NCBI GenBank assembly: GCA_031546905.1
Contig: JAVBJQ010000006.1
Span: forward strand, 94,673 to 158,672
Direction: 5' to 3'
DNA from: Eubacteriales bacterium
Lineage (GTDB): Bacteria; Bacillota; Clostridia; Lachnospirales; JAVBJQ01
Length of the DNA stretch: 64,000 nt
In this document: piece by piece, positions 36,565 to 46,191 of the stretch
Layout: the number at the start of each line of letters is the position of its first letter
Numbering within the stretch: position 1 is the stretch's first letter
Program-made: the position numbers and the translations under genes
Notes under the pieces: model-generated
Seen by the model: only the letters and a program-made list of their open reading frames with translations
Told to the model about the DNA's origin: nothing
Databases searched by the model: none

Positions 36565-37182
36565 TTGACACTAATGATAAAACAAACAATAGAAAGCTTA
36601 CATAAAAATAATATGGCAGGATATTTTGTTTCAGACAAAAAAGAATTACTTCTCCTGTTGGCTGAACTTCTGACAAAGGGGGAAGTGGTGGGGTGTGGAG
36701 ATTCCGTTACATTGAAAGCGTGTGGTGTTTTTGATTTTTTACGAAAAGGAGACTACGTGTTTCATGACAAATATCGTGAGGGAATAACCAGCGAGGAGAA
36801 ACGACAACTTTATTTAAAAAATTTTTATGCAGATACTTTTGTTACAGGAACCAATGCCGTTACTATAGATGGAAAATTATTTAATATTGATGGAAACGGA
36901 AGTCGTGTGTCCCCCATGTTGTACGGCCCCAAGCAAGTAATTGTAGTAGTAGGAATGAATAAAATTGTAAAGGACACAGAAGAAGCCATTAGACGCACAA
37001 GACAAGTAGCTGCCCCCTTAGATGCAAAGCGACTTGGAAAAGATACGCCTTGTGCAAAGCTGGGAAAATGTATAGATTGTAAACATAAACAAAGAATTTG
37101 TAACGACTTTGTTTTGATAACTGGGCAGTTTAGCAAAGACAGAATAAAGGTAGTAATAATAAACGAAAGCTTGGGGTATTAA
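36565..37182 (+). CDS. LUD-domain (lactate-utilization/YkgG-like, DUF162) protein
   Basis: GCGDSVTL...GTNAVTIDGKLFNIDGNGSRV...VVVGMNKIV pattern. TTG 36565 or ATG 36574, behind AAAGGAGG. Confidence 0.65.
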   Translation: MTLMIKQTIESLHKNNMAGYFVSDKKELLLLLAELLTKGEVVGCGDSVTLKACGVFDFLRKGDYVFHDKYREGITSEEKRQLYLKNFYADTFVTGTNAVTIDGKLFNIDGNGSRVSPMLYGPKQVIVVVGMNKIVKDTEEAIRRTRQVAAPLDAKRLGKDTPCAKLGKCIDCKHKQRICNDFVLITGQFSKDRIKVVIINESLGY

Positions 37183-37353
37183 GGGAGGCAACTTCTTTGA
37201 CAGGAGGTTTCTAGCTAGAAAATTATTAAAAAACAATTTACGAGGTTTCGTATCTTTGATATTATATTTTAAACCATGGAATGTAGTCTTATTTTGTAAA
37301 AAAAATATATAATAAAGGTATATAATACTATTTGGAAGTGAGGAATAAAATAA

Positions 37354-38415
37354 ATGAGTAAAAAAACAGTGTTAGTATTATTTGGTGGCCAATCATCGGA
37401 GCATGAGGTTTCAAGGGTTTCTGCAGCAACGGTTATTTCAAATATGGATCTAGAAAAATATTATGTAATGCCAGTTTGTATTACACAAGAAGGAAAATGG
37501 CTGTTGTATGATGGTGCCATTGAAAACATAAAAGGAAGTCAGTGGGAAAAACATTCTACTCCTGTTATTTTAAGTCCAGATCCAACCCACAAAGGTCTCA
37601 TTAGATTGGTTGGTGACAAGTTTAAAACAATTCCTGTGGATATTATTTTTCCTGTGCTTCATGGGCTTTATGGAGAAGATGGAAGCGTACAAGGGCTTTT
37701 TGAACTTTCTGGAATCCCTTATGTTGGTTGTGGAATTTTGGCGTCTAGCGTTTCCATGGATAAGGTGTACACCAAAATTATTGCAAAACAGCTAGGTATT
37801 TTGCAAGCGGAGTATGTAGTGGTATTGGATTATGAGCTAGAAGATGAAAATTTTGATTTTGGACTAATTGAAAATAAAATTGGGTATCCCTGTTTTGTAA
37901 AACCTTCCAATGCGGGGTCTTCTGTTGGTATTTCAAAAGCAACTAATTTAGAAGAATTAATTTCTGGGGTAGAGCAAGCGTTAAGCCACGATCGAAAAGT
38001 TATTATTGAAAAAGCAGTAGTTGGTCGTGAAATTGAATGTGCAGTGCTTGGAAATGACCACGTAAAAGCATCTGTAGTAGGGGAAGTGGTGGCGGCTGCA
38101 GATTTTTATGATTATGATGCCAAGTATAATAATGCGGAATCAAAAACCATTATTCCAGCAGAGCTTCCAGAAAAAATTGCAGAAGCAGTAAAAGAACTTG
38201 CAGTTAAAATATTTAAGGGAGTAGATGGCGCGGGACTTTCTCGTGTTGATTTTTTCTTAGAAGAAGAAACCAATAAAATTATTTTTAATGAAATTAATAC
38301 ATTACCTGGTTTTACTTCTATTAGTATGTATCCAAGACTTTTTGAAGCCATTGGTATTCCTTTAGACGAATTAATTGACACCTTAATTGAATTGGGCTTT
38401 AACAGAAAGAGATGA
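37354..38415 (+). CDS. ddl: D-alanine--D-alanine ligase
   Basis: 353 aa with VLFGGQSSEHEVS, HGLYGEDGSVQGLFEL and the ATP-grasp core. Confidence 0.95.
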   Translation: MSKKTVLVLFGGQSSEHEVSRVSAATVISNMDLEKYYVMPVCITQEGKWLLYDGAIENIKGSQWEKHSTPVILSPDPTHKGLIRLVGDKFKTIPVDIIFPVLHGLYGEDGSVQGLFELSGIPYVGCGILASSVSMDKVYTKIIAKQLGILQAEYVVVLDYELEDENFDFGLIENKIGYPCFVKPSNAGSSVGISKATNLEELISGVEQALSHDRKVIIEKAVVGREIECAVLGNDHVKASVVGEVVAAADFYDYDAKYNNAESKTIIPAELPEKIAEAVKELAVKIFKGVDGAGLSRVDFFLEEETNKIIFNEINTLPGFTSISMYPRLFEAIGIPLDELIDTLIELGFNRKR

Positions 38416-38419
38416 TCCT

Positions 38420-39232
38420 ATGAATAGTGATAACAGACCAATTGGTATTTTTGACTCAGGGGTAGGCGGGTTAACTGTTGTAAGCGAAGTAATGAAAACC
38501 CTTCCCAATGAGGAAATTGTTTATTTTGGAGATACAGCAAGGGTTCCCTACGGAAGCAAGTCTAAAGAAACCGTAACAAAATTTTCGAGACAAATTATTC
38601 AGTTTTTAATTACTAAAAATGTAAAATTAATTATTATTGCGTGTAATACGGCAAGTTCTAACAGCCATTCCATTTTAACAAGGGAGTTTGAGTTGCCTAT
38701 TATTGAAGTGGTTTCCCCAGGGGTTACAGATGCGTTAAAATTGAATCCCAAAAAAGTAGGTATTATTGGAACAGAAGCGACGGTAAGAAGCAAGGCTCAT
38801 GAAAATATGTTGCTGGAACAAAATCCAAAATTAGAAGTTTTCTCTAAGGCGTGTCCTCTTTTTGTTCCCTTAGCGGAAGAAGGTTGGATTAACAATGAAG
38901 TAGCACAGCTAACGGCAAAGTTATATTTAGAAGAATTTATTCAAAAAGAAGTAGATACTATTTTGCTAGGTTGTACCCACTATCCATTGTTAAAAGATTG
39001 TATTAGGCAAACGGTAGGAGAAAAAGTAAATATTGTAAATCCTGCTGTGGCAACTGCCTATAAAACAAAAGAATTTTTAGAAGAAAATAATATGGTGAGA
39101 AAAAGCTATGATTTGCCACAACATAATTTTTATGTCAGCGACAATACGAAAAAGTTTGATGTTGTTTGTGGAATGGTGTTGGAAACTGGATATCAAGCAC
39201 AAGCTCAAAAGGTTGATATGAATTTTGAGTAA
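38420..39232 (+). CDS. murI: glutamate racemase
   Basis: IGIFDSGVGGLTV...IACNTAS...LGCTHYP catalytic Cys motifs. The start at ATG 38420 (MNSDNRP) is preferred over 38387. Confidence 0.95.
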   Translation: MNSDNRPIGIFDSGVGGLTVVSEVMKTLPNEEIVYFGDTARVPYGSKSKETVTKFSRQIIQFLITKNVKLIIIACNTASSNSHSILTREFELPIIEVVSPGVTDALKLNPKKVGIIGTEATVRSKAHENMLLEQNPKLEVFSKACPLFVPLAEEGWINNEVAQLTAKLYLEEFIQKEVDTILLGCTHYPLLKDCIRQTVGEKVNIVNPAVATAYKTKEFLEENNMVRKSYDLPQHNFYVSDNTKKFDVVCGMVLETGYQAQAQKVDMNFE

Positions 39233-39495
39233 AAAAATTACCTGCTTTCTCGGGAAAGCAGGTACAACAATAAGGGGAAGAAGTAGAATGTTATTATATG
39301 GGGGGGTAATAACATCCACAATATAAAGTATTAACACCAAAACTTTTTTTATACATTAACGATAAAAAAAATTAAAAAAAATAAAACTTTTTTTATAGTT
39401 GATTTATTTTATAAAACATTATATGATGGATTAGAATATTTTTTTAAAATAATAGTAAAATAATATTTGAATAAGTAATATGAAGGAGGTTCTTT

Positions 39496-39813
39496 ATGGC
39501 AAAGCAAATTACAAGCAGTGAATTTAAAAGTGAAGTTTTAGAAGCAAGTGTACCAGTTTTGGTTGATTTTTTTGCAGTTTGGTGTGGTCCATGTAAAATG
39601 GTTGCTCCTGTGTTAGAAACAATTTCAGAGGAACTTGCTGGAAAAGCTAAAATCGTAAAAGTTGACGTAGACGAATGTAACGACTTGTCTGTTCAATATA
39701 AAATTTTAAGTGTTCCAACGTTATTATTCTTTAAGGATGGACAAGTGGTTGACCAAATTATCGGTGCTGTTCCTAAAAATGTAATGACTGAAAAATTGGA
39801 AGCTTTGATGTAA
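39496..39813 (+). CDS. trxA: thioredoxin
   Basis: WCGPC active site, 105 aa, GGAGG RBS. Confidence 0.95.
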   Translation: MAKQITSSEFKSEVLEASVPVLVDFFAVWCGPCKMVAPVLETISEELAGKAKIVKVDVDECNDLSVQYKILSVPTLLFFKDGQVVDQIIGAVPKNVMTEKLEALM

Positions 39814-39833
39814 TTATTTTTAACGGGCCATAT

Positions 39834-39877
39834 AAAAAATCCCTGCCTTACACAATTTGTGAAGGCGGGGATTTTTT
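39834..39877. terminator. bidirectional intrinsic terminator between trxA and the convergent MFS gene
   Basis: 16-bp stem (AAAAAATCCCTGCCTT with AAGGCGGGGATTTTTT, one G-U pair), flanked by A-run and T-run. Confidence 0.8.
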
Positions 39878-39880
39878 TGT

Positions 39881-41041
39881 TTATTTTTTATTTTTGATTC
39901 CTATAAGTGCAACAGCTAACGTGAGAAAAGTCAAAAGCACGCTACTGCCAATAAATACATACTGTAACCCAAACCAATCACCTAGCAACCCCATAACAGG
40001 AAAAAGAACAATCATCGTCAAACTAAAAAACATACTGGCAAAACTAATGAGGGTTGCCCGTTCTTCTGATGGAATTCTTTTATGTAAAAAGTTGCTTTGT
40101 AGTGGGTAAAAAGTAGATGCTAAAATAAAGCAAAGCACTGAAAAAACAATAATAACAAAAATATTGGACATAATAGCGGCAATTAAAACAAAAAAGCTAC
40201 TTGCAATGGAAATGATATAAAAAATTCTTTTGCTCCCTAAATGTTTTTCCATAAAAGGAATAGCCATGGAGGTAATTGCTTGTAATAAACCAGAAACAAA
40301 TAACACAATGGAAATAGCAGCGTTTGTAAGTCCAAAGGTTTTGTAATAATTTTGAAAATAAAAACCAAAGCTAGTTTGAAATGCCAAGTAAACAGCAAAG
40401 CAAACCATGATAAAAAACAAGCTTTTATCTTTTCGCAAAAATAACAAAGCCGATTTTGTAGTAGCTAAAAGGCTAACTTTTTCCGTAGTTTCATGGATGG
40501 TTGGTTCTATGAATTTAGATGCAGTTGCAAGAGAAATAATAGCAAGTACAATGGCAACAACATACGTAAAAGCAAAATTTAGGTCAGATAAGAACCCAGC
40601 CAACAATATTCCAGAACAAGCTGCCACTTCTAAAAGAAAGTTGAGATGAGAAGAAATTTTTAAGTAGCGATGTTCTTCATCATTTTGCTTTAAGCTATCA
40701 TAAAGCAATGCTTCCCCAGAACCAGATTGTAAGTTATAAGAAAGTGCGCTAACCACAAATCCAAGGGCAAAAAGGGCGAAGGAATTGGCGAAAAGCATAA
40801 TCAGGGCACTAGCCAAAGAAGCAATTCTGCCAGCAATAATTGCTTTTTTTCGACCGTAGGTATCTGCCATAATCCCTGTAGGCGTTTCAAAAATAAAACT
40901 GGCTATATGAAATATAGATTCTAGCAAACCGATTTCTACTAATCCCATGCCTTTGTGGGCAAGGTATAAAACCCAAAGGGATGTAACACCGATATTTGAA
41001 AAAAATGTATAAAAGTAAGTTAATTTAATATTGTTTGTCAT
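39881..41041 (-). CDS. MFS transporter (12 TMS)
   Basis: 386 aa, polytopic, with the MFS motif MADTYGRKKAI between TM2 and TM3. Confidence 0.85.
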   Translation of the reverse strand: MTNNIKLTYFYTFFSNIGVTSLWVLYLAHKGMGLVEIGLLESIFHIASFIFETPTGIMADTYGRKKAIIAGRIASLASALIMLFANSFALFALGFVVSALSYNLQSGSGEALLYDSLKQNDEEHRYLKISSHLNFLLEVAACSGILLAGFLSDLNFAFTYVVAIVLAIISLATASKFIEPTIHETTEKVSLLATTKSALLFLRKDKSLFFIMVCFAVYLAFQTSFGFYFQNYYKTFGLTNAAISIVLFVSGLLQAITSMAIPFMEKHLGSKRIFYIISIASSFFVLIAAIMSNIFVIIVFSVLCFILASTFYPLQSNFLHKRIPSEERATLISFASMFFSLTMIVLFPVMGLLGDWFGLQYVFIGSSVLLTFLTLAVALIGIKNKK

Positions 41042-41156
41042 TGCAAGCTCTCCTTAAAAAATAGAATAGAATTCAAAATACTTTCTATTTAGAAGGGAGA
41101 TTCATACAATTTAACAGATTGAAAAGAACATGACTATAAAACTTCTAACAACACTA

Positions 41157-41234
41157 TTAAAAGTACACACCCCCTTCCGGAACTGTGTAGCCTCCTTTTG
41201 TTATTGAACTTGACCATAACATTCTGTCAATCAT
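41157..41234 (-). CDS. candidate 25-codon leader ORF upstream of the MFS gene
   Basis: TAGGAGGAATGAAA-ATG. It encodes MIDRMLWSSSITKGGYTVPEGGVYF and is followed by two hairpins before the MFS RBS. Too short to be in the ORF track. Confidence 0.3.
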   Translation of the reverse strand: MIDRMLWSSSITKGGYTVPEGGVYF

Positions 41235-41281
41235 TTTCATTCCTCCTAACATCATATGGGTTTACAAATCTATTAATGAGA

Positions 41282-42406
41282 CTAAGCAATTCTATCAATA
41301 TAAAGATTGCAGTCAGATTTGGAGAGGTCAATAAACTTTTCGTCCACTTTTACAATAGGCAGTGAAAGGGCGGTTTTATTAATAAAAACAACTTCACCCT
41401 GCCGATTGTCAGAAAGAACAACACGACTTCCTAAATAACTGTAGGCAATATTTTGTAAAAACGAAAGTAAAAAATGAGTATCCAGTTCCCCATACATTTG
41501 TTGCTCAAAAGTTTTAATTACGCGAAAAGGACAAAGTTTATCTCGATAAATTCTGTCGGAAGTCATGGCGTCATAAATGTCACAAACCGAAACAATTTTG
41601 GCAAACTTACTAATATCAGCACTTTTAGCATGGGTAGGATAGCCAGAACCATCCATTTTTTCATGGTGAAGAAGGACTGCTGTTTTAATATTTTCAGAAA
41701 GATTGCTATCCTTTAAAATATCATAGCCATACACCGTGTGCATTTTCATTATTTCAAATTCTTCCCTGGTCAGCCTTCCCACTTTGTTTAAAATATTATC
41801 GTCAATTTTTATTTTGCCAATATCATGGAGAAGCCCTGCAACAGTTAGTTCTTCTATCTCCAGAGGACTCATGTTGAGCCAACTTCCAAATATATTGCAA
41901 AGCAGAGAAACGTTAATACTGTGGCTATAGGTATGGTTGTCTTTTGATTTTACATGATATAAATAAGTAAAAACATCACTTCTACACTTCAATTCATTCA
42001 TCATGCTACCTGTTAAATTGTAAAGTTCCATTAGCTGAATGTGATCCCCATTGCCAATAGAAAGTAAGTGTTGCTTTACGATATCTTGGTCAAGGGTATA
42101 CAAAGAATTAAAAATTTGAAAGTCTTCTTTCTCGCTGACGGGCAAAAAATTATATTCTTCTGCATCAAAACTTTTATTTGCAACCAAAGGATTATCTGTT
42201 ACAATTGAGGGAAAGTCGTTGTCCACCCTAATATAAATTTTTCCCATATCCAAAAGTTGTAGACGTAAAAGGTTTGACGTATTTAAAATAGTATTTTTAG
42301 GCATTAAGAGAAATCCGTTCACTGAAATTAAGTCTCGGGACAACACCATATTGGGTTGTAGTTCGTGGACTGGTACTAGTTTTTCTTTACTGGAAACATT
42401 AGCCAT
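41282..42406 (-). CDS. HD-GYP domain c-di-GMP phosphodiesterase with N-terminal DUF3391-like domain
   Basis: HDIGK...HHEKMDGSGYP motifs. Confidence 0.85.
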   Translation of the reverse strand: MANVSSKEKLVPVHELQPNMVLSRDLISVNGFLLMPKNTILNTSNLLRLQLLDMGKIYIRVDNDFPSIVTDNPLVANKSFDAEEYNFLPVSEKEDFQIFNSLYTLDQDIVKQHLLSIGNGDHIQLMELYNLTGSMMNELKCRSDVFTYLYHVKSKDNHTYSHSINVSLLCNIFGSWLNMSPLEIEELTVAGLLHDIGKIKIDDNILNKVGRLTREEFEIMKMHTVYGYDILKDSNLSENIKTAVLLHHEKMDGSGYPTHAKSADISKFAKIVSVCDIYDAMTSDRIYRDKLCPFRVIKTFEQQMYGELDTHFLLSFLQNIAYSYLGSRVVLSDNRQGEVVFINKTALSLPIVKVDEKFIDLSKSDCNLYIDRIA

Positions 42407-42561
42407 ATCATCACGCCTTTAAATGGATTTTAAAGTTTATTTCGGTAAAAATATCTAATAATATTATAGCATTTTTAAAAACCCAGTCAACAAAGCGGGT
42501 AGATGTTTTTAAATTGTTATGGGCATATTTTTTGTAGAAAAATAAAAAAGAGGTAAAATAA

Positions 42562-43788
42562 ATGAAGAAAATTAAAATCGATAAGCAGTATATGAAAATT
42601 TGTATGTATGTTTTATTTGTAATTGTATCAGCCATTGTCATTGAGAAAATTCTAGGCAATCTACAAATCATTACCTTTAATGCAAAAAATGTGTTAGATG
42701 TGGTGGCTAAAATTTTATCCCCATTTCTGGTAGGGACGTTTATTGCCTACTTATTAAATTCCCCTGTAAAGTCCATTGAAGGGTTACTGGTGAAAAATCA
42801 ATTTTTCAAAAGTAAAAAATCAGTGGCAAGAACTATCTCCATCATTATTACATATATTTTATTAATTGGAATTATGATTTTTATTGGAGGTTATTTGATT
42901 CCCGAAGCAGTGGGGAGTACCAGCTTGATTTTTGTTACGTTGCCAGAAAGACTGTTGAGTCTTGAAATTTCTGCGGAGCAATTTTTAAGAGATTCCAATG
43001 TGTTTGAAGTTTTTAATACGTATTTTAGCAATTGGTCTAATCTTTTTGATTTTGTGAATGCGGCAGTTCAGCCTATTATAAAAAATTATTCATCGGTTCA
43101 AACTGTTTTAGCAAAAGTCATTCAAAGTACCGTAGGGCTTGCTTACGGCATTTTAAATTTTATTATAGCCCTTGTAATTGCCTTCTATATGCTTTCAGAC
43201 AAAGATATTTTTGTCAACATAGCCAAAAAAATTGTTTTTACTCTTTTCAAAAAAAGTACGGCAGAAAAAATTGTTTTTGTAGGGAAAAACTCCAATCATG
43301 TTTTTGAAAAGTTTTTTATCGGGAAAGCAATTGATTCTGCTATTATTAGTGTCATCTTTTTTATATTTGCCATTATTTTTAAATTTCCCTATGCTATTTT
43401 GCTTACTTTAATTATTGGGGTTACCAATATGATTCCTTATTTTGGACCTTTTGTAGGAACCATTATCGTTGTTTTAATTAGTATGCTAAGTAATCCAATT
43501 CAAGCACTTTGGATTTTACTTCTTCTTTTAATTTTGCATCAAATAGATGCTATTATTATTGGGCCAAAAGTATTAGGGGAATCCACAGGGCTCAGACCTA
43601 TTAGCGTTATTTTTGCCATTATTGTGGGTGGGGCTACCTTTGGTGTCATTGGAATGTTTTTAGGGGTTCCTGTTTTTGCTGTGTTAAGCTCCATGTTTAC
43701 CATCTTTTTAAATCGAAAATATGATGAGAAATATACCATTCATACACAGTCTCAGTCTCAGTTTCAAGAGGGTGAGGAAGAACACTAA
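42562..43788 (+). CDS. AI-2E family transporter (PerM/UPF0118)
   Basis: 408 aa, polytopic, with the conserved C-terminal segment GLRPISVIFAIIVGG..FGVIGMFLGVP. Confidence 0.85.
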   Translation: MKKIKIDKQYMKICMYVLFVIVSAIVIEKILGNLQIITFNAKNVLDVVAKILSPFLVGTFIAYLLNSPVKSIEGLLVKNQFFKSKKSVARTISIIITYILLIGIMIFIGGYLIPEAVGSTSLIFVTLPERLLSLEISAEQFLRDSNVFEVFNTYFSNWSNLFDFVNAAVQPIIKNYSSVQTVLAKVIQSTVGLAYGILNFIIALVIAFYMLSDKDIFVNIAKKIVFTLFKKSTAEKIVFVGKNSNHVFEKFFIGKAIDSAIISVIFFIFAIIFKFPYAILLTLIIGVTNMIPYFGPFVGTIIVVLISMLSNPIQALWILLLLLILHQIDAIIIGPKVLGESTGLRPISVIFAIIVGGATFGVIGMFLGVPVFAVLSSMFTIFLNRKYDEKYTIHTQSQSQFQEGEEEH

Positions 43789-43853
43789 TATTTTTTTCTA
43801 GTTATTTAACTGCAATAAAAGTAAAAGCCTATATAGTGAGGAGATTTTCGTGA

Positions 43854-44819
43854 ATGATAAAAGGCACAACGAGAAGTAATTTATTTTTCTTTTTGCTATT
43901 ACTGTATAATATTTGCGTTTCATTTTTTCTGTTTGGATTTACTCATTACGATACTTATTCTACCCCAGTGAAATTATTCATTAGCCAGTCTGTAACATTG
44001 GCGTTGCCGTTTTTGGCGTTTATGTTTATTAGTAAGCAGAAGTTTACAGATTTGGTTCCCTTGAAAAAAGTTAGTATTGAAAATATCGTGCTTATTGTAG
44101 TGATGTGTATTCTCATACAACCATTTATGTCCTTTTGCTCCGCCCTTAGCTCTGTTTTTTTTACAGACTCTATTGTGGAGATGGTGGGGGAATTGAATTC
44201 TATTCATATTTTAATTGCTATTTTTTGCGTAGGCGTCTTGCCTGCCATTTGCGAAGAATTTGTAATGCGAGGCGCAATTTTGTCGGGATACAAATATGTT
44301 TCTATTAAAAAGGCGGCCATTATCAATGGGCTTTTGTTCGGGATGCTTCATTTTAATGGGGGGCAATTTTTATACGCGGCATTTTTAGGGGCTATTTTTT
44401 GTTACTTTGTTTATTATACGGGTTCTATTTTTGCTTCTGTAATAGGTCATTTTGTGATTAATGCCTCTCAATTTATGTTGTTTAAGGCAACGATGAAGTT
44501 TGGCATGGATCTTGAAGTGGCAAAAGGCACCCTTTCAATGGCAGAAAAAATTTCGGCCATTGAGGCAACTGCTGTAATGGCGTTGATTTTTACCCCTATT
44601 TTTTTATTGGTATTTAATCAATTTAAAAACCTAAATAAAAAAAATATTTCTTCGGCGTATTATTCAAATTTAACCAACGCTAGTGTGAAAGAAATTTTTC
44701 AAAATAAGGGAATGATTTTTTTTAGGCAGGATGATGTAATAGACATTTTTTTATTGTTCTCCTCGGTTATTTATATTTTCTTTATTGTGATTTTGCCATT
44801 TCTTACATTTAAAAAATAA
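43854..44819 (+). CDS. CPBP-family intramembrane glutamic endopeptidase (CAAX protease-like)
   Basis: EEFVMRG, FGMLHF and HFVINA motifs. Confidence 0.8.
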   Translation: MIKGTTRSNLFFFLLLLYNICVSFFLFGFTHYDTYSTPVKLFISQSVTLALPFLAFMFISKQKFTDLVPLKKVSIENIVLIVVMCILIQPFMSFCSALSSVFFTDSIVEMVGELNSIHILIAIFCVGVLPAICEEFVMRGAILSGYKYVSIKKAAIINGLLFGMLHFNGGQFLYAAFLGAIFCYFVYYTGSIFASVIGHFVINASQFMLFKATMKFGMDLEVAKGTLSMAEKISAIEATAVMALIFTPIFLLVFNQFKNLNKKNISSAYYSNLTNASVKEIFQNKGMIFFRQDDVIDIFLLFSSVIYIFFIVILPFLTFKK

Positions 44820-44866
44820 AAACAAACAGCTTTATCGAATTTTCGACGAGGCTGTTTGTTTTTTTA
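44820..44866 (+). terminator. intrinsic terminator of the CPBP gene
   Basis: AAACAAACAGC pairs with GCTGTTTGTTT (11 bp), followed by TTTTT. Confidence 0.8.
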
Positions 44867-45345
44867 TGTTAAATTGATGATGGTGTTTAACATTTCTTAT
44901 CACATTTTTTTTTCTTTTTAAAATATTTTTTTCGATATTTAGAGCTGCAAAGGCAAAATATATTTTTTTTGACAAAAATGCAAATGTGGTCGTTAATATA
45001 TCGTTCCATTTTAATTAACAATAAACATAGGCGGCTTCGTCTTAAATGATAGCACCATTGAAACATATGATGGCGTGTTGAGCGACGCATAAAATTCCCC
45101 CTTAGGTGTGACATATATGGAGTAACTTTTTTTAAAAACTGCCACAAGGTTACACTTCTTTGTATAAGATATGATTGGTTTGGGCCACAGTTGCATGAAA
45201 AAGTATTACGAAATTATTAAAAAACTATAGACAAATTAATAAATTCGTAATAAAATGAAGTTATAAAAGTTTAAATCCATAATCAGTAAACGACTAAACA
45301 TACGTAAAACGAAAATAAGTTTTACATACATCAGGAGGAATTACT

Positions 45346-46137
45346 ATGTTAAAAAAATACTACAGAGGTATTGCATCTTGCTTTATTGCATACACTATTT
45401 TGATAGCACCAATTTCAACTTTTGGGGCTACACTTTCAAAAGGTTCACAAGGAGAAGAAGTGGTAGCTGTGCAAAATTCTCTTAAAAAAATGGGATATTT
45501 TAATTATAGTACGGCAACTGGTTTTTATGGAGACATAACCGTTTCTGCTGTAAAGCGTTTTCAAGAAAAAAATAAACTACCTGCCAACGGCATTGTAGAC
45601 CAAGGAACATATGACTTAATTCAAAAGACTGCCCCAGAAAAAAAGATGGTATTCAAACAAGGGGCGTTAGATTGGTTTAAAGAAGCTCAATATATATTGA
45701 AAAGAGGAACCAACGCAACAGTAACAGATGTTGAAACAGGAAAAGAGTTTCAGATTAAAAGAACTTTTGGGACAAACCATGCAGACGTGGAGCCATTGAC
45801 GAAAGCAGATGCTGAAATGATTAAAACCATTTGGGGTGGTTGGAGCTGGGATAGACGTGCGGTGGTTGTTACAGTTGGTGACACAGCAATGGCTGGCTCT
45901 ATGACAGCCATGCCTCATGCAGGGGTAGATAATAAGCCGGCAGTTGCCGTGGTGGAAAACAGAAGTGCAGGTTATGGCAAAGGTCAAAATTTGGACAGTG
46001 TTAAAAACAATGGAGTAGACGGGCATATGGACATTCATTTTTTAAACAGTAAGACACATGACACCAATACAGTTCAAAAAGTACATCAAGAGATGGTACA
46101 AGTGGCGGCCAAGTACATTGAAGAGAATTACAAATAG
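45346..46137 (+). CDS. secreted protein with PG_binding_1 peptidoglycan-binding domain and an unassigned C-terminal domain
   Basis: Signal peptide, then GSQGEEVVAVQNSLKKMGYF...VSAVKRFQEKNKLPANGIVD. Confidence 0.7.
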   Translation: MLKKYYRGIASCFIAYTILIAPISTFGATLSKGSQGEEVVAVQNSLKKMGYFNYSTATGFYGDITVSAVKRFQEKNKLPANGIVDQGTYDLIQKTAPEKKMVFKQGALDWFKEAQYILKRGTNATVTDVETGKEFQIKRTFGTNHADVEPLTKADAEMIKTIWGGWSWDRRAVVVTVGDTAMAGSMTAMPHAGVDNKPAVAVVENRSAGYGKGQNLDSVKNNGVDGHMDIHFLNSKTHDTNTVQKVHQEMVQVAAKYIEENYK

Positions 46138-46159
46138 TCAGTATCATAAAACACGCCAT

Positions 46160-46174
46160 TGATAATAATTTTAT
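46160..46174. promoter_or_regulatory. weak PerR/Fur-type box upstream of rubrerythrin
   Basis: TGATAATAATTTTAT compared with TGATAAT-N-ATTATCA. The left half is perfect, the right half 4/7. Confidence 0.3.
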
Positions 46175-46191
46175 TGAAGGAGGAAAATGAT

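Noticed and set aside
45150-45345. ydaO (c-di-AMP) or other riboswitch upstream of the peptidoglycan-binding protein gene.
   Set aside because: I could not find the paired pseudo-symmetric conserved ACGGGGA/CCCA-type elements on the plus strand. This rejection rests on inspection only.
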